Source: Dictyostelium discoideum
Taxonomy: Eukaryota
Length of the DNA: 64,000 nucleotides
Reading direction: 5' to 3'
NCBI GenBank assembly: GCA_000004695.1
Contig: CM000152.2
Coordinates: 3,328,001-3,392,000, forward strand
The number at the start of each line of letters is the position of its first letter. The first letter of the stretch is position 1. The position numbers and the translations under genes are program-made. Below the pieces are notes generated by a model that was not told the origin of the DNA, did no database searches, and was given only the letters and a program-made list of their open reading frames with translations. Below are positions 16,339-28,913 of the stretch, piece by piece.

Positions 16339-17900
16339 ATAAACATTTTAAAATACTAAATATTTTAATGATAATAATACTTTTTTAGGCATATCTTCTA
16401 ATCTAATTTCCATTTTAGTAATTGGATCAATTACAACTAATTTACGAATTTTTTCATCATCTTCATTTAATTGATCAGAATCGGAATCATCATCAGAATC
16501 TTCAGAAGAATCAGAAGAAGAATCATCAGAATCCTTATTTTCATTTGAATCATTAATTAAATCATTTTTTGATTTAATATTTTGTAAATCTTTACTTAAA
16601 CCTGTTAAATTTTGATAGAAAATATCACGACCTTCACCTCTTTCAATTTTTTCCATATCTCTATCTAAATCTATAATTTGATCTAAAGTACGTGGAATAT
16701 AAGCATTTCTAAAGACTTCCTCTTGAATTTTTTGTTCATCTGTTGTTTCACCACGTGATTGAATTTTCTCTAACATTTTCTCTAAATATTGATCGATATT
16801 ATCCTCGGTAATTGTTAAATCTGTGATGAATTCGAATAACTCTTGAATGAACATTGTGTTCACTTCTTTCTTTCTAAAGAAATCTGTAACGTTTGAACAA
16901 TCCATACGAAGGAAATCCAATGAATGAGGGTGATCATGTTCAACCGATTGAGAAACATCGATGATGTAGAGTTGATTCTTGTAGTATAACATATTGTATT
17001 CAGAGAGATCGGCATGTACTAAACGACATTTATGAAACAATGTTCTCATCATTTTTATACAATCCAAATAGATTACACCAAACTTCTCTTGTGATACAGT
17101 GGCATCTTTTAAACGTGGTGCGGCATAGCCGTCCTTGCCGATGAATGTCATCACTAGAATATGGTTACGTAGAATCAATGGTGTTGGACACGGTATGCCA
17201 GCATTCTTTAAACGTGTGAGATTTCTAAACTCCTTCTCTGCCCACACTTTCACCATCTTTCTTGGATTATGTTTACTATAACCACGACGAAAACGAAATT
17301 CACCAGTTACATAACGATCACGATCTTTGAATACCAGAATACTGGTTTTATACACTTTTACAGCACGTTCTTCCTCATTGGGTGTGAATGCATGGTACAC
17401 ATTGGCTTCTTTACCCGTTGAGATACAACCATTAATCTCTGAGAATGCACCCTTATTAATCATTTTAAATAACATTAAACGTGTACGTGGATCCAACACT
17501 TGCTCAGTGGTTGCTCTATCCTCTTTATCTACAATACGTACACCTTGTTTATCATCTTTCTTTTTAATCTCTTTAATTGAATTTTGTACAGAATTTGGTA
17601 ATGCTCTATGTGAATCATCATCAATCACCCTCTTACTCGAAATACTATTAGCAATTGAATTTACATTAATTTTATTTTGATATTTTTGTTCCAATGCTTG
17701 TGCTTTTGGTTGTAAAGTTTTATTTAATGGTATTGATGATCTAATTCCTAAAATTCTATCTTCATTCTCTTCATCTGATAAATCTGAATCATATTCAATT
17801 TCTTCATAATCATCATCATAATAATATTCTTCATCTGAATCTGAAAATTCTATAAGATCACCATTTCTTCTTAATGGTACTTCTAAAGTTTGAATTTTTT

Positions 17901-17935
<35 letters not shown>

Positions 17936-17988
17936 ACTGTTTGTTGTTCTTTATTTTCAATGGTTAAATTTTTGAATGAATCTTCCAT
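16181..17988 (-). CDS. rio1: RIO1 atypical serine/threonine protein kinase; model join(17988..16381,16297..16181)
   Basis: RIO domain (LDPRTRLMLFKMINKGAFSEINGCISTGKEANVYHA ... LVHADLSEYNMLYYKNQLYIIDVSQSVEHDHPHSLDFLRMD); acidic N- and C-terminal stretches; the track ORF tail VLLSLKYLVF is intron read-through (GTATTA donor at 16380); the 117-nt terminal exon encodes a Lys-rich tail DRKKFVKEMNKERRKTKIPKHIKKLTKKRKAEKFGKKK typical of RIO1. Confidence 0.8.
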
Positions 17989-18304
17989 TTTTTTTTTTTT
18001 TTTATTTTTATGTACTTTTTTTTTTTTCTTTTTATTCTTGTTCTCTATTGTCTCACAGAAAATATTATATTTTCAAAAAAATAAATTAAATGGGAAAAAA
18101 AAAAATAAAAAATAAAAAAAACGAAAAAATAATTTTTTCGTTTTTTTTGAGAAATTTAAAATAAAAAAAATAGATTTATTTAAAAATTTTATACCAATCT
18201 ATAATTAAATTTTTTTTATTTTTTTCCATATTAAGATTTTTTTTAATTCTTTTTTATTATTTTATATTTTTTTTTTATTTTTTTTTATTTTAAATTTATT
18301 TTAT

Positions 18305-18335
<31 letters not shown>

Positions 18336-19311
18336 TTCATTTTTTTTATTGTAAAACAATTTAGTAACTATTGATTCTTTAGAATTAGCTTTATTTACAG
18401 TATACAAAAAATGAAATTAAATTCTTAAATGCAATAACTTTTTTTTTATTTTTTTTATTTAATTACTTGAAAATTTTAGCCTCAATAATGAATTATAAAT
18501 AAATGATCATTAAAAATACACTAAAATAATATGGGAAGGAAATTTCCTTAATTAAGAAATTCCCTGTTATTTTCTCCATTTTTTTTTTTTCCAATTTTTA
18601 AATCAAAAAAAATTAAAAAAAAAAAAAAAAAAAAAAACATATTGGTAATTCCCAACAGTAAACTTATTTATTTTCTCAGTCCCTAAAATTAGACTGTATT
18701 GAATAGTAATTTAAATAGGTCTTTTTTTTATTAATTTCAAATACATCAAATTATTATTAAAAAAAATTAAATTGGATTGTCAAATTTTAAAAAATGAATT
18801 ATTATACTATTTTAAATTTTTTAAATTTTTTTTTTTCTTAAAAAAAGTCAAATATCAGATCGAATGAATGGTTTGAGATTATTTTAATAATATATTTTAA
18901 TCTATTGGAAAGAGATTCTTTTTAAAATATTGATAATAATTTTCATATATTACATTGGTTTCTTTTGTTTTATCAATTTTAATATGCTGAATTGTAAAGT
19001 CAACAATATTTAATAATTGACAGGTCATACAGGAAAGATATAAAAGGAAATTTCATTTTTAGTAAATTTAATTTTTTTAAAAAAAAAAGATTAAAAACCA
19101 CTGTTTTTTATTTTTTTTAATTTTTTTATTTTTTTATTTTTTTATTTTTTTGTTTGTGGTTAACGTGAAAAATGTAAAATGGAATTTAAAATACAAAATA
19201 ATTGTAATATTTTTCAATTGTTTAAATTGGTTTTAAAAATACAAGAAATGTTAATACTAATACTAAATAATTCTAGATGATCTTAAAAATATTTATTTTT
19301 TTTAGAAAACA

Positions 19312-19355
<44 letters not shown>

Positions 19356-19453
19356 AAAAAAAGAAAACTATAAATAAGTCATTTAATTTTTTTTTTTTTA
19401 ATCAATTCAAATCAAATCAATTAGACTTATTAATACTTTTTGTACCTTTAAAA

Positions 19454-19745
19454 ATGTTATTCAGTAAGTTTCAAATTTAAAAAAAGAATATCTTTTTATT
19501 ACACAAAAAAAAAAAAAAAAAAAAAAAAAATAATAATAATAATAATTCTAATATTTTTAATTATTATTTTTATATATTATTTAGAATCATTACAATCAAT
19601 TGTCTCAAGTTCATCATCAACAAACTCAAAAGTCCAAATTGAAAATCAAACTTCATTGGGAATGAAAAGTTTTAATAAAGTTTCATTATTGGATCACCTT
19701 AGTATATTTAATGGAAACAAAAATAACTCCCTTGATCTTTTATAA
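19454..19745 (+). CDS. Small two-exon ORF (about 56 aa, Ser-rich, no recognisable domain); model join(19454..19463,19585..19745)
   Basis: AAAATG start, 10-nt first exon, perfect GTAAGT donor at 19464, TATTTAG acceptor at 19584, phase 1 maintained, stop 19743-19745; no similarity I can recognise; could equally be a UTR intron of a neighbouring transcript. Confidence 0.3.
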
Positions 19746-19834
19746 AATTTAGTTGAAAACTAATAATAAATATCCAATTATCATTAATAGATATTTAATT
19801 TTCCAAAAAAAATCATATTAAAATAATTCCAATT

Positions 19835-19875
<41 letters not shown>

Positions 19876-19901
19876 ATACTATTTTTTTATTTTATTTTAA
19901 T

Positions 19902-22900
19902 TTATTTTACAAAAACTTGATGAATTTCTTTAAATGTTTGAGGGTTTGTAAATAATTGAATTGATAAAGTTTTTGAATTTAAAGCTTCTTGAATATCTTT
20001 ATCCAACATTAAGGAATTTGTATTGTTATTATTATTATTGATATTATTAATATTTAAATTTGGAATTGTAATATTTGCAATTTTTAAAGGTATTGATTCT
20101 TTTAACATTCTGGATTGATTTGCATCAGCATAATTATTTAAACCAAATTGACAAGTTGAACTTGAGATGAAATTTGTCATCTTTGATTGAAGTTGTTTAA
20201 CTTTTCTTTCTTGTTGTTTAATTAATAATTTTTGTTTTTCAATTTCATTTGCACTAGTTCTATCATTTGAGGAAGATGATGATGATGAGGAGGATGAAAT
20301 TGATTTATTACTTAAATCTAAAACCTTTGGAGTTGCAGTACTTTCTAAAATTGAACTCATCATATGATTAACTTGTTTTGAATATTCAACAATTTCATTA
20401 AATTTAATTTGTTGTTTCTTTGCTTGTTGTTCTAATAAAGTTGGAGTAGATGATGAAGTTGAAGATGTTGATGAATTATTTGATTGTTGTTGTTGTTGTT
20501 GTTTTATTTGTTGTTGATGTCTATAATTTTGAATTAAATTTAATTCACATAATTCTTTAATAGATTTTTGAGATTTTAATTTCAAATTTTCATTTCTTAA
20601 GAATCTAATAGCTTTTTTAAGGGATAATACATTGATATCATCAACAGAACGAAGTAACTCTTGATTGGCAATCATTGGAGATAATGGAGTATTTAATTTC
20701 TTTTGTAATTCTTGTTGAAGAGCAAGTATTTTATTTTGCATATTCTTTGAATCATGCTCTAGTGAGTTCTTTTCATTACGTAATAGATTGAGGGCTTGAC
20801 GGAAATTCTTTTCATTATCTTCACGTGATTTAATTTCTTTTGCCAATTTTTCAGTGACTTCATTCTCTGATTTTTGAAGTATACGAATTCTTTTATCAAA
20901 TGATTCCTCTTTACGCTTCTCTTCGATTAATTCAGCTTCTTTTGCTTTGATAGTTTTAAGATTCTCTAATAGTTCAGCATCTTTTGATTGAATGATATCA
21001 CGTAATTGACCCACTTCACCAAGGGATTGTTTTAATTGATTAGCTCTTTCAGCCCATGGACTTTGTTTGGTTAATGCTTGTTTATCCTTTTCAGAGAGAT
21101 TCAAATCACCAGCGATAATAGTTTCAACTACATCACTCAATTGTACATTCATACGATAGAATACTTTCTCCAATGAAGATGAAAGTTTAGATTCCTCTTG
21201 ATCTTGATAATCATCATTTGAGAATTCATCATTATTCTTATTTAAAGAATTTGAATTACTAATGATAAGATCTGATCTTGCTTGAATCTTTATTAATAAA
21301 TCATTTAAATTATTATTTAAATTACCACTACCACTACCACTACCACCACCACCACTATTAATTGATTCATCTTGAATTTTTGGTAAAGATTGTACCAACT
21401 CTAAAAGTATTGATTTACAAGTATGTTCAGAGGTTTTAAGTAAATCACGTACAATTGATGATTGTGAAAGGTATGGTTTAGTTAAAAGATTCTTTACAAC
21501 TTTACGACAAACTGATAAAACTTTTGACATTTCTTTATGTGGGAAAATAAATTGGTCATTATGAGTTATTGTAGTTGTAATATTAATATCATTTAACATA
21601 ATTTGTTTAATATTATATTGAATACCTAAAATATAATTTAAAAGTATTGACCATTCTGGTTTAAATATTTGATCAACATTATTATTATTATTATTATTAC
21701 TGGATGTATTATTTGAACCACTGTCATTTGTTGAATTTGTAATATTACCAAAAATATTTGTTAAAATTGAATCAATACGTTGACAAAGTTTTTCTAAATC
21801 AGTACTTGAATAAGATGAACCAAATTGTTCCAATTTAATTAATTGTAATAAATTATCTAAAATTCTTTCTTGATTTAACATATCCTTAATTGATCTACCA
21901 GATCTTAACCATTGATCAGAAGATGATCTTTCTAAAGTTTCAGTTAACCAAGTTGTAGAGATTGCTAAATGCTCTAAAATATGAATGATAGATAGGGAAT
22001 GAGCAACTTGACCACTTGTTAACAACATTTGATCACTATCTCCACCAGCAACTTTATTACCAATCTCTTCAACTTTATAAGTACGATTTAAATATTTTTG
22101 AGCTAATTCCGATTTCAATATGATTCTCTTTAAGAGTAATAACATTTTAATAGCATCATTATCCAATTGGAAGGTTTGTTCTGGTAAATATTCATAAACA
22201 AATGCTAAATGAACTTGAGATTCAACAGATTTAGATTGTTCCAATTGGTGATCGATTTCCAATGCGGTTGCTTTAATCATTTGATTTTGTAATTGAATGT
22301 TTTTACTTAACAATTGTTGTTGAATTGCTGACCATGAATGTTGATGTTCCGATTGTTCCTCTTCTTTTCTTCTCATCTCTTCCAATTTATGTTGAAGTCT
22401 ACCAACGAGATCACGGAATTGTAATATGGTTTTTTCATTCTCTTGGTTTTTAATTTGAAGATTGGTCATTTGGCTTTGAATATTCAAAATTTCAATATCC
22501 TTTGAATTGACCTCCAATCTTAATGATTTCTCCAGTGCAACTTGATTTTCACTCAACTCTTCACTAAGATCTCTAAATGATTCTAAATCTGCAATTGATA
22601 CTTTTAATTCCTCCAATTCTTCATTCAATGAAAGATTCTTATCTGTAAGATCGGTGATTAACGATTCACTGACTTCGGCATCCTCCAATGCTAACTTCAA
22701 TTCCAAGGTCTCTTCTATCTTTATTGATAACTCCATCTCCAATTTATTTGATTTCTCTGTTAGTGATTGAACTTGTTTTGAGAGAGTTTCCAATTCTTTG
22801 GTTTTCTTTGAGAGTTCATGTTTATCATTCATTGTGATATCACGTAGTTTAACCAATGCCTCTTTTAATTTATCGTTTTGTTCTTGTAATACCAATACAT

Positions 22901-24629
22901 CGGTTGGTAAACTTTCATCGATTGAACGAGTTGGTTTCTCATCCAATTGGATTTTCAAACTATCGTATTCGATACGCATCATCTCTAATTCCTCTTTGAC
23001 TTGTTCAAATTCCAATTCGGTCATTTCTAATTTCTCTTCGGTAACTTCTTTATCGAGTGTTAAAAGTTCGAGATTTTCATTGAGATTTGAAATTTGCTCC
23101 AATAGGGATTGTTTCTCCTTTTCAAACTCTGATTTCTCTTTATCCTCATTACGATGTTGAGTTTTCAAAAGATTTTCATTTTCTTTCTCTTTGATCGCTA
23201 TGGTTTTCTCTAATTGTTGAATTTGTTTTTCATTTTCTTTGATTTGTTTTTCATTCTCTTTGATTTGTTTATCCTTACTGGCTACTGCTTCCTTTAATCT
23301 ATCCTTTAAACTATTGATCTCCTCTTGTGATCTGTTTTTATCCTCTTTTAAGTCATTGATAGTTGTCATCATCTTATCAATATTCTCTTGAACTGCTTGA
23401 TTCATTCTTTCAGTTGCTAATGATTTATTTAATAAATCATTAATTTCTTCTTCTTCTTCTTCATCTTCACCTTGAATAATTTTTGATTGTTTCTTTTGTG
23501 TTGATGGTGGTGTTAATGTTATAGAATTTGATGTTGATGGTGGTAATGGTGTTGATGGTGTTGGTATTGGAGTTGTTGTTGTAGTTATAGTTGGATTTGG
23601 TGTTATTATTGGTGTTGGTGTTGGTGTTGGTGTTGGTGTTGGTGTTGGTGTTGGTGTTGGTGTTGGTGTTGGTGTTGGTGTTGGTGTTGGTGTTGGAGTT
23701 GGAGTTGGTTCTTTTAAACCTGATGGTTTTGGAATACCAGTTGGTCTTGAAGAAGCTGATGATGGTGGTCTTGAAATTTTAGATGGTGTTGGTTGTGGTT
23801 GTTCTATTGGTGTTGGTTCAACTACAGTTGGTGGTGGTGGTGAAATTGTAGTTGTAGTTGGTGGTGAGGGTTCAGATTTCTTTTCTGGTGGTGGTGATGT
23901 AAGTGGTGAGGTAGAAGTTGGTGAAGTTGAAGTAGTACTAGTTGTAGTTGTAGTTGATGATGGAATAGTGCTTGGTCTTCTAATACCAGATTCACTTGGT
24001 TTTTTAATTGATGAAGTTGGTGTTGTTGTTGTTGTTGTTGTTGATGATGATGATGATGATGATGAGGTTGTTGAAGAAGAACCAGTTAGTGATGGCCTAC
24101 CTTTACCCAATGATGATGGTGGTCTAATACCAGTTGATGATGGTGGTCTAATACCAGATGTTGCAGCTATTTTTGATGGTGTAGTGATTGGTGCTGGCAT
24201 AAGTTTAGAATCATCAATACCATCATCAATATTTGATGTTTGTTGTGGTTGTGGTTGTGTTTGTGTTTGTGGTTGTTCTTCTACAATTACTGCCATATTT
24301 GGTTTAACGAATAAACCATGTGCTGGTTTACAATCAAAATATCTTTCACCTTGAACTGTACCATCATTTTTACCAGCTATTTTTTTAAAAAAAAAAAATT
24401 TATTTAATATATTTTAAATTAATAATTATAAATGGGAGGGGGTATGATTGTGTGATTATTTTATAATAATAAATAATAACATACCAGCACTATCTAATTC
24501 AATACCAACCCAACGACCAGGACTGAATTTTGTCATACCACAATATTTAACAGTACCTAAACCTAATTCAGGTTTACCATTGATAGAAACACGTGTTCCT
24601 GGTGGAAGTGATTTTCCTTCTTCTGACAT
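19902..24629 (-). CDS. Dynactin subunit 1 (p150Glued): CAP-Gly domain, long coiled coils, Thr/Pro/Ser-rich linker; model join(24629..24485,24376..19902), 1539 aa
   Basis: Exon 1 MSEEGKSLPPGTRVSINGKPELGLGTVKYCGMTKFSPGRWVGIELDSA, GTATGT donor at 24484, AAAAAATAG acceptor at 24377, exon 2 continues GKNDGTVQGERYFDCKPAHGLFVKPN (CAP-Gly GKNDG motif) and the rest of the 1464-aa track ORF; heptad-rich central region. Confidence 0.8.
23621..23694 (-). repeat. (GGTGTT)n hexanucleotide tandem repeat, about 12 units, in-frame inside the dynactin gene (encodes (TP)n on the coding strand)
   Basis: seen directly; protein shows PTPTPTPT... run. Confidence 0.9.
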
Positions 24630-25123
24630 TGTGTCTCTTGTAATGTTATTGTATTTCTTTTTTTTTTTTTTTTTTTTTTTTCTTATTTTTTTTTTTTTTC
24701 CTAAAAAATTTTATTTTATTTTATTTTAATATTTGCTTGTTTATTATTTCGATGTGTTGAATGTTATTTTTATTATTTATTATTATATTTTATGTAATAA
24801 AAAAAACAACCGATAATAATATGCATACAACACACCCATATGCTATTTTCAAATTAATTTAAAAAAAAAAAAAAAAAAAATCACAAGTTCAAAAAAAAAA
24901 AAAATAAAAAAAAAAAAATAAAAAAAAAAAAATAAAAAAAATAAAAAAAAAATTAAAAAAAAAAAAAAAAGAAAATGAGTGGACAAAATAATATGACAAT
25001 TGTCTCACCAAACAGTTAAATATTCTAACAGGATTTAATCCCCCCAATAATTTAAATAATTTAAAATAAAATAAATGAAACAATAATTATTTACAATTTT
25101 TTTTTTTTTTTTTATTATTATTT

Positions 25124-25929
25124 TTAACTATTTGTTCCACCATGTATACATGAAAAACTAGTAAAAATTTTTTGTTTAAAACTTTTTTTAGGTCCACATG
25201 CTTTTGAATTATTAATTTCTGATTTTTTCTTATCATTTCCACCTTTATTATTATTATTTTCATTATAGTCATCTTTATTATTATTATTATTATTTAAATC
25301 AAATTTTACTTTATTTTTTCTACCAATACTATTAAAACTATTTGTTCTATTTGAGTTATTATTATTATTATTGTTGTTGTTGTTGTTATTATTATTATTA
25401 TTTAAATTTTTTAATTTCTTTTTTTCTCTTTCAAGTTGTTTTTCTTTTTCAAATTGTTCAAAACGTTGAATTTCTCTAACTAATTGAAAAAATGAAGATT
25501 CAACATTTAATGTTGTTTTAGCAGAAGTTTCAAAGAATGGACAACCATAGAATTTTGAAAGATCATTACCTTCAGTTAATGAAACTTTTCTTTGACCTTC
25601 TGAATCTAAATCACATTTATTACCAATTAATACCATTGGAAATGATTCAACATCTTTAACCATTTTAATTTGATCAACTAACTCACTTGTTTTTTCAAAA
25701 CTAACTCTATCACTTATATCATAAACTATTAAAAATCCATCAGAGTTTTTTAAATATTGATCACGTATTGCAGTATAATCTTCATTTCCAGCTGAATCTA
25801 ATATATTCAATGAATAATTATCATTATCAATTCTACAATTCTTTGTATAAGAATCTTCAATTGTTGGATCATATTCATGAATAAAATATTGTTGATGAAA
25901 TTGAACTGTTAATGCTGTTTTTCTATATA

Positions 25930-25963
<34 letters not shown>

Positions 25964-26151
25964 ATAAAAAAAAAAAAAAATAATAAAAAAAAATAAATAA
26001 TAATTAGTTTGAGTAATTTATAAAAAAAATTAATTATTTAATTTATAAATTACCCAACAGCACCACTACCAAGAACAACCATATCAATTTTTATTATTTG
26101 ATTATTTGTATTTGCAAAATTACTTAATTTATTTTTTGTGAATGAACTCAT
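25124..26151 (-). CDS. Ras-family small GTPase with Asn-rich C-terminal extension; model join(26151..26054,25922..25124)
   Basis: Exon 1 MSSFTKNKLSNFANTNNQIIKIDMVVLGSGAV ends in phase 2 at GTAATT donor (26053); exon 2 after ATATATAG completes the P-loop GSGAVGKTALT, then switch I YDPTIEDSY, DSAGNEDY, NKCDL, ETSAK; matches Ras/Rap core over about 165 aa. Confidence 0.75.
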
Positions 26152-27001
26152 TTTTATTTCTATCTGTTTTAAAATTTATGAAAATTAATTTATATTTTTT
26201 TTTTTTTTGGTTTTGTTTTGTATTTTGAACAAAAGTATTCAATTAAATTAAAATAAAAATAACAACAATAATAAAAACAAAATAAACAAAAAATAAAATA
26301 ATTAAATAAATAATAATATTAATAAATTAAAAAAAAAAATAAAAAAAAAAAAAAAAAAAAACTAACAATATAAATAAAGATAAAATAATTTTTTTCAGAT
26401 TATAACAGTGAGATTGAGTTGTGGGTTGTGTGTTTGTGTTTGGGGTTATGTAATTATTTGAAAAAAAAAACACATATTTGAGCACACAGATATTAATCAA
26501 CCTTTTTTTTTTTCTCTTCACCACACCTTTTTGATTTTTATTATTGAATTTTTTTTTCATTTAATTTACATATTCCAAAATAAAAGTAATAATAATAATA
26601 ATAATTATAAAAATAAAAATAATAATAAAAAAATGAGATTTTTTTATTTGAATATTCAATAAAAATAATCTTTTGGTAATAATATTTTTTTTTAACTGAA
26701 TTTTCCATTTTTGAATTTGATTAAATATTATATATTTAAATCACTATCATCAAATTCAAACTTTTTTTTTTAAAATTAATCAATTTAATAATATATTAAT
26801 TTATTATTTTGATATTTGACATTTGATATTTTGATATTTTATATTTTATATTTTATATTATTACTCTTTATTGCAAAAAAAAAAAAAAAATAAAAAAATA
26901 AAAAGTATCCTTTGCAAATGTAATTATTAAAAAAATAAATTATACTATACCTTTTTTTTTTAAATCCAATAAATAAAAAATACATAATTTGTTGTGTGTA
27001 C

Positions 27002-27040
<39 letters not shown>

Positions 27041-27161
27041 TTTTTTTTAAGGAGAAATTTTATTATATACATATACTTTTATTTATTTATTTTTTTATTT
27101 ATTTATTTGTTTTCTTTTTTTTTGTATATTTTTTTATTACAATAAAATTGAATAAAAGTGA

Positions 27162-27449
27162 TTAAAAATAAGTAATTTCATCATCTTTTGCTTTACCATC
27201 TTGAACTGAAACTAAAGAAGCAGCACCAGAAAATGGTTTATAAATTCTAAGATGAGCATAACCATTTTCAGTTCTTACTTTAACAAAATAATTTGTACCA
27301 TTTACAAGTTGAGTTTTGTAGCTAATAACCTTTAGATTAGAAATATTGGTTCCAAGTTTACTTTGAATTGAAGGTTTAACAGCATTTACAATATCTTCAA
27401 CTGTTTTATCAGCTTGATGAGTAGCACCTAATCCTCCAACTTTTGTCAT
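27162..27449 (-). CDS. Cystatin A / stefin-type cysteine protease inhibitor (95 aa, single exon)
   Basis: N-terminal MTKVGGLGATHQAD (conserved Gly), QLVNGTNYFVKV (QxVxG motif), stefin length, no signal peptide. Confidence 0.8.
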   Translation of the reverse strand: MTKVGGLGATHQADKTVEDIVNAVKPSIQSKLGTNISNLKVISYKTQLVNGTNYFVKVRTENGYAHLRIYKPFSGAASLVSVQDGKAKDDEITYF

Positions 27450-28049
27450 TTTTTTTTGTTGCTTTTTTTGTTTATTTTTTTTAAAAAAAAAGAAATTATT
27501 TATATGTTAAAAATTGAATTAAATATTTTTTTATTAACAAAAAAAAAAAGAAATTAATAAAAAAAAAAAAAAAAAAATTAAAAAATTTAAAAATTTAAAA
27601 ATTAAAAAAAAAAAAAAAAAATAAAAAAAAAAAAATAAAATAAAATAAAATAAAATAAAAATTAATAATTGTTTTGAAACAACAAAAATTAAAAATAGAA
27701 TTTTTTTTTATTGGTACACACAACCCTAGTGTGTTTTAGTTTTCAAATTTTTAAAAAATTTTTTTTTTTTTTTTTTTTTTTTATGTCCCAAAAATTCAAT
27801 TTTAATAAATATCTTTTTTTTTGACCTTTTCTCTTCATTTTTTTTACCAGGGTCTATTCACCAAAATCTTTTTTTTAGTTTTATCATTTTTTCATTTTTT
27901 TTTTTTTTTTTTTTATTATAAATATTCAAAATGTAAGTTTTTTATTTTATTTTAAAAATAAATAACATTCACACACACACACACACACACTCACACACAC
28001 ATACATATCAAATAATCATATATCTCTCTATACATATATTCATATAACA

Positions 28050-28886
28050 ATGCCACACATTAGTGTTGCATCATCAGTTTTTCTTTTCACAATAATTTTT
28101 ATTTATTCAATTTCATTAATTTTTACAATACTAATACCTAATACTACTGCATCATATACAAAATTAAAATTATCAAATAGTTTATACGAAAATGATGAAG
28201 ATACAAAATATAGTTATTTTGCACAATTTTATAAAAATCAAATTAAAATTACAAAAGATGGTATAATACCAAAATATAATGAAGGTGTAGAATATATAAT
28301 AGATACATGTACATATGAAGAAATTGAAATTAGTGAATTTAAAAATTGTGGAAATTTAACAGGAATTAATAATACACAATTAATAATCAACAATATTAAT
28401 AAAATTAATAAAATTTCAAATTTAATTTATATTTTAACAGCAAGTTTAATTTTAATAAATATTTTAATATCTTTATCAGTTTATAAATTAATATTACCCT
28501 CAACTTCAAAACAAATAAATATAAATCAATTAAAATTTAGTTACCAAAAAAGGATATTTCTATTCAAATATTTTAGATTATCATTCTTACCATTACTAAT
28601 ACCAGCTGGTATTCTAATAAATTATTATACACAATTTGATAATTATTTTACAAATATTCCATTAAATGATGCAACAATATCTGATGGTAATTCATTTGGT
28701 TTTGCTGTAGTATCAATTGTTTTCAATTGTATGGGAGTTGTTTCAATTATAGGTTCAACTATTTTTTATTTAACTGAAATTTTAAATTCATCATCATCAT
28801 CATCATCGTCAAATATCCCATATGTAACTCCAAATGGTGGTGGTGAAAATATACCACTTAAAAATAATAATAATAATAAAGTATAA
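28050..28886 (+). CDS. Hypothetical multi-pass membrane protein (278 aa), single exon
   Basis: Track ORF with N-terminal hydrophobic segment and 2-3 further hydrophobic helices, poly-Ser/Asn tail; (CA)n-rich tract just upstream; no family recognised. Confidence 0.5.
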   Translation: MPHISVASSVFLFTIIFIYSISLIFTILIPNTTASYTKLKLSNSLYENDEDTKYSYFAQFYKNQIKITKDGIIPKYNEGVEYIIDTCTYEEIEISEFKNCGNLTGINNTQLIINNINKINKISNLIYILTASLILINILISLSVYKLILPSTSKQININQLKFSYQKRIFLFKYFRLSFLPLLIPAGILINYYTQFDNYFTNIPLNDATISDGNSFGFAVVSIVFNCMGVVSIIGSTIFYLTEILNSSSSSSSSNIPYVTPNGGGENIPLKNNNNNKV

Positions 28887-28913
28887 AAATTTATTTATTT
28901 ATTTATTTTCTAA

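Noticed and set aside
17327-17680. 117-aa plus-strand ORF
   Set aside because: Antisense to the RIO1 kinase domain exon.
22798-24354. Plus-strand ORFs 22798..23160, 23591..23782, 23968..24354
   Set aside because: All antisense to the dynactin p150 coding exon (Ser/Leu-rich artefacts, and (LV)n from the hexanucleotide repeat).
27938-27948. AAAATGTAAGTT as a possible ATG-only first exon for the 28050 gene
   Set aside because: The ATG is followed by TAAGTT, not GTAAGT; no GT donor directly after the codon, so no in-frame mini-exon can be made.
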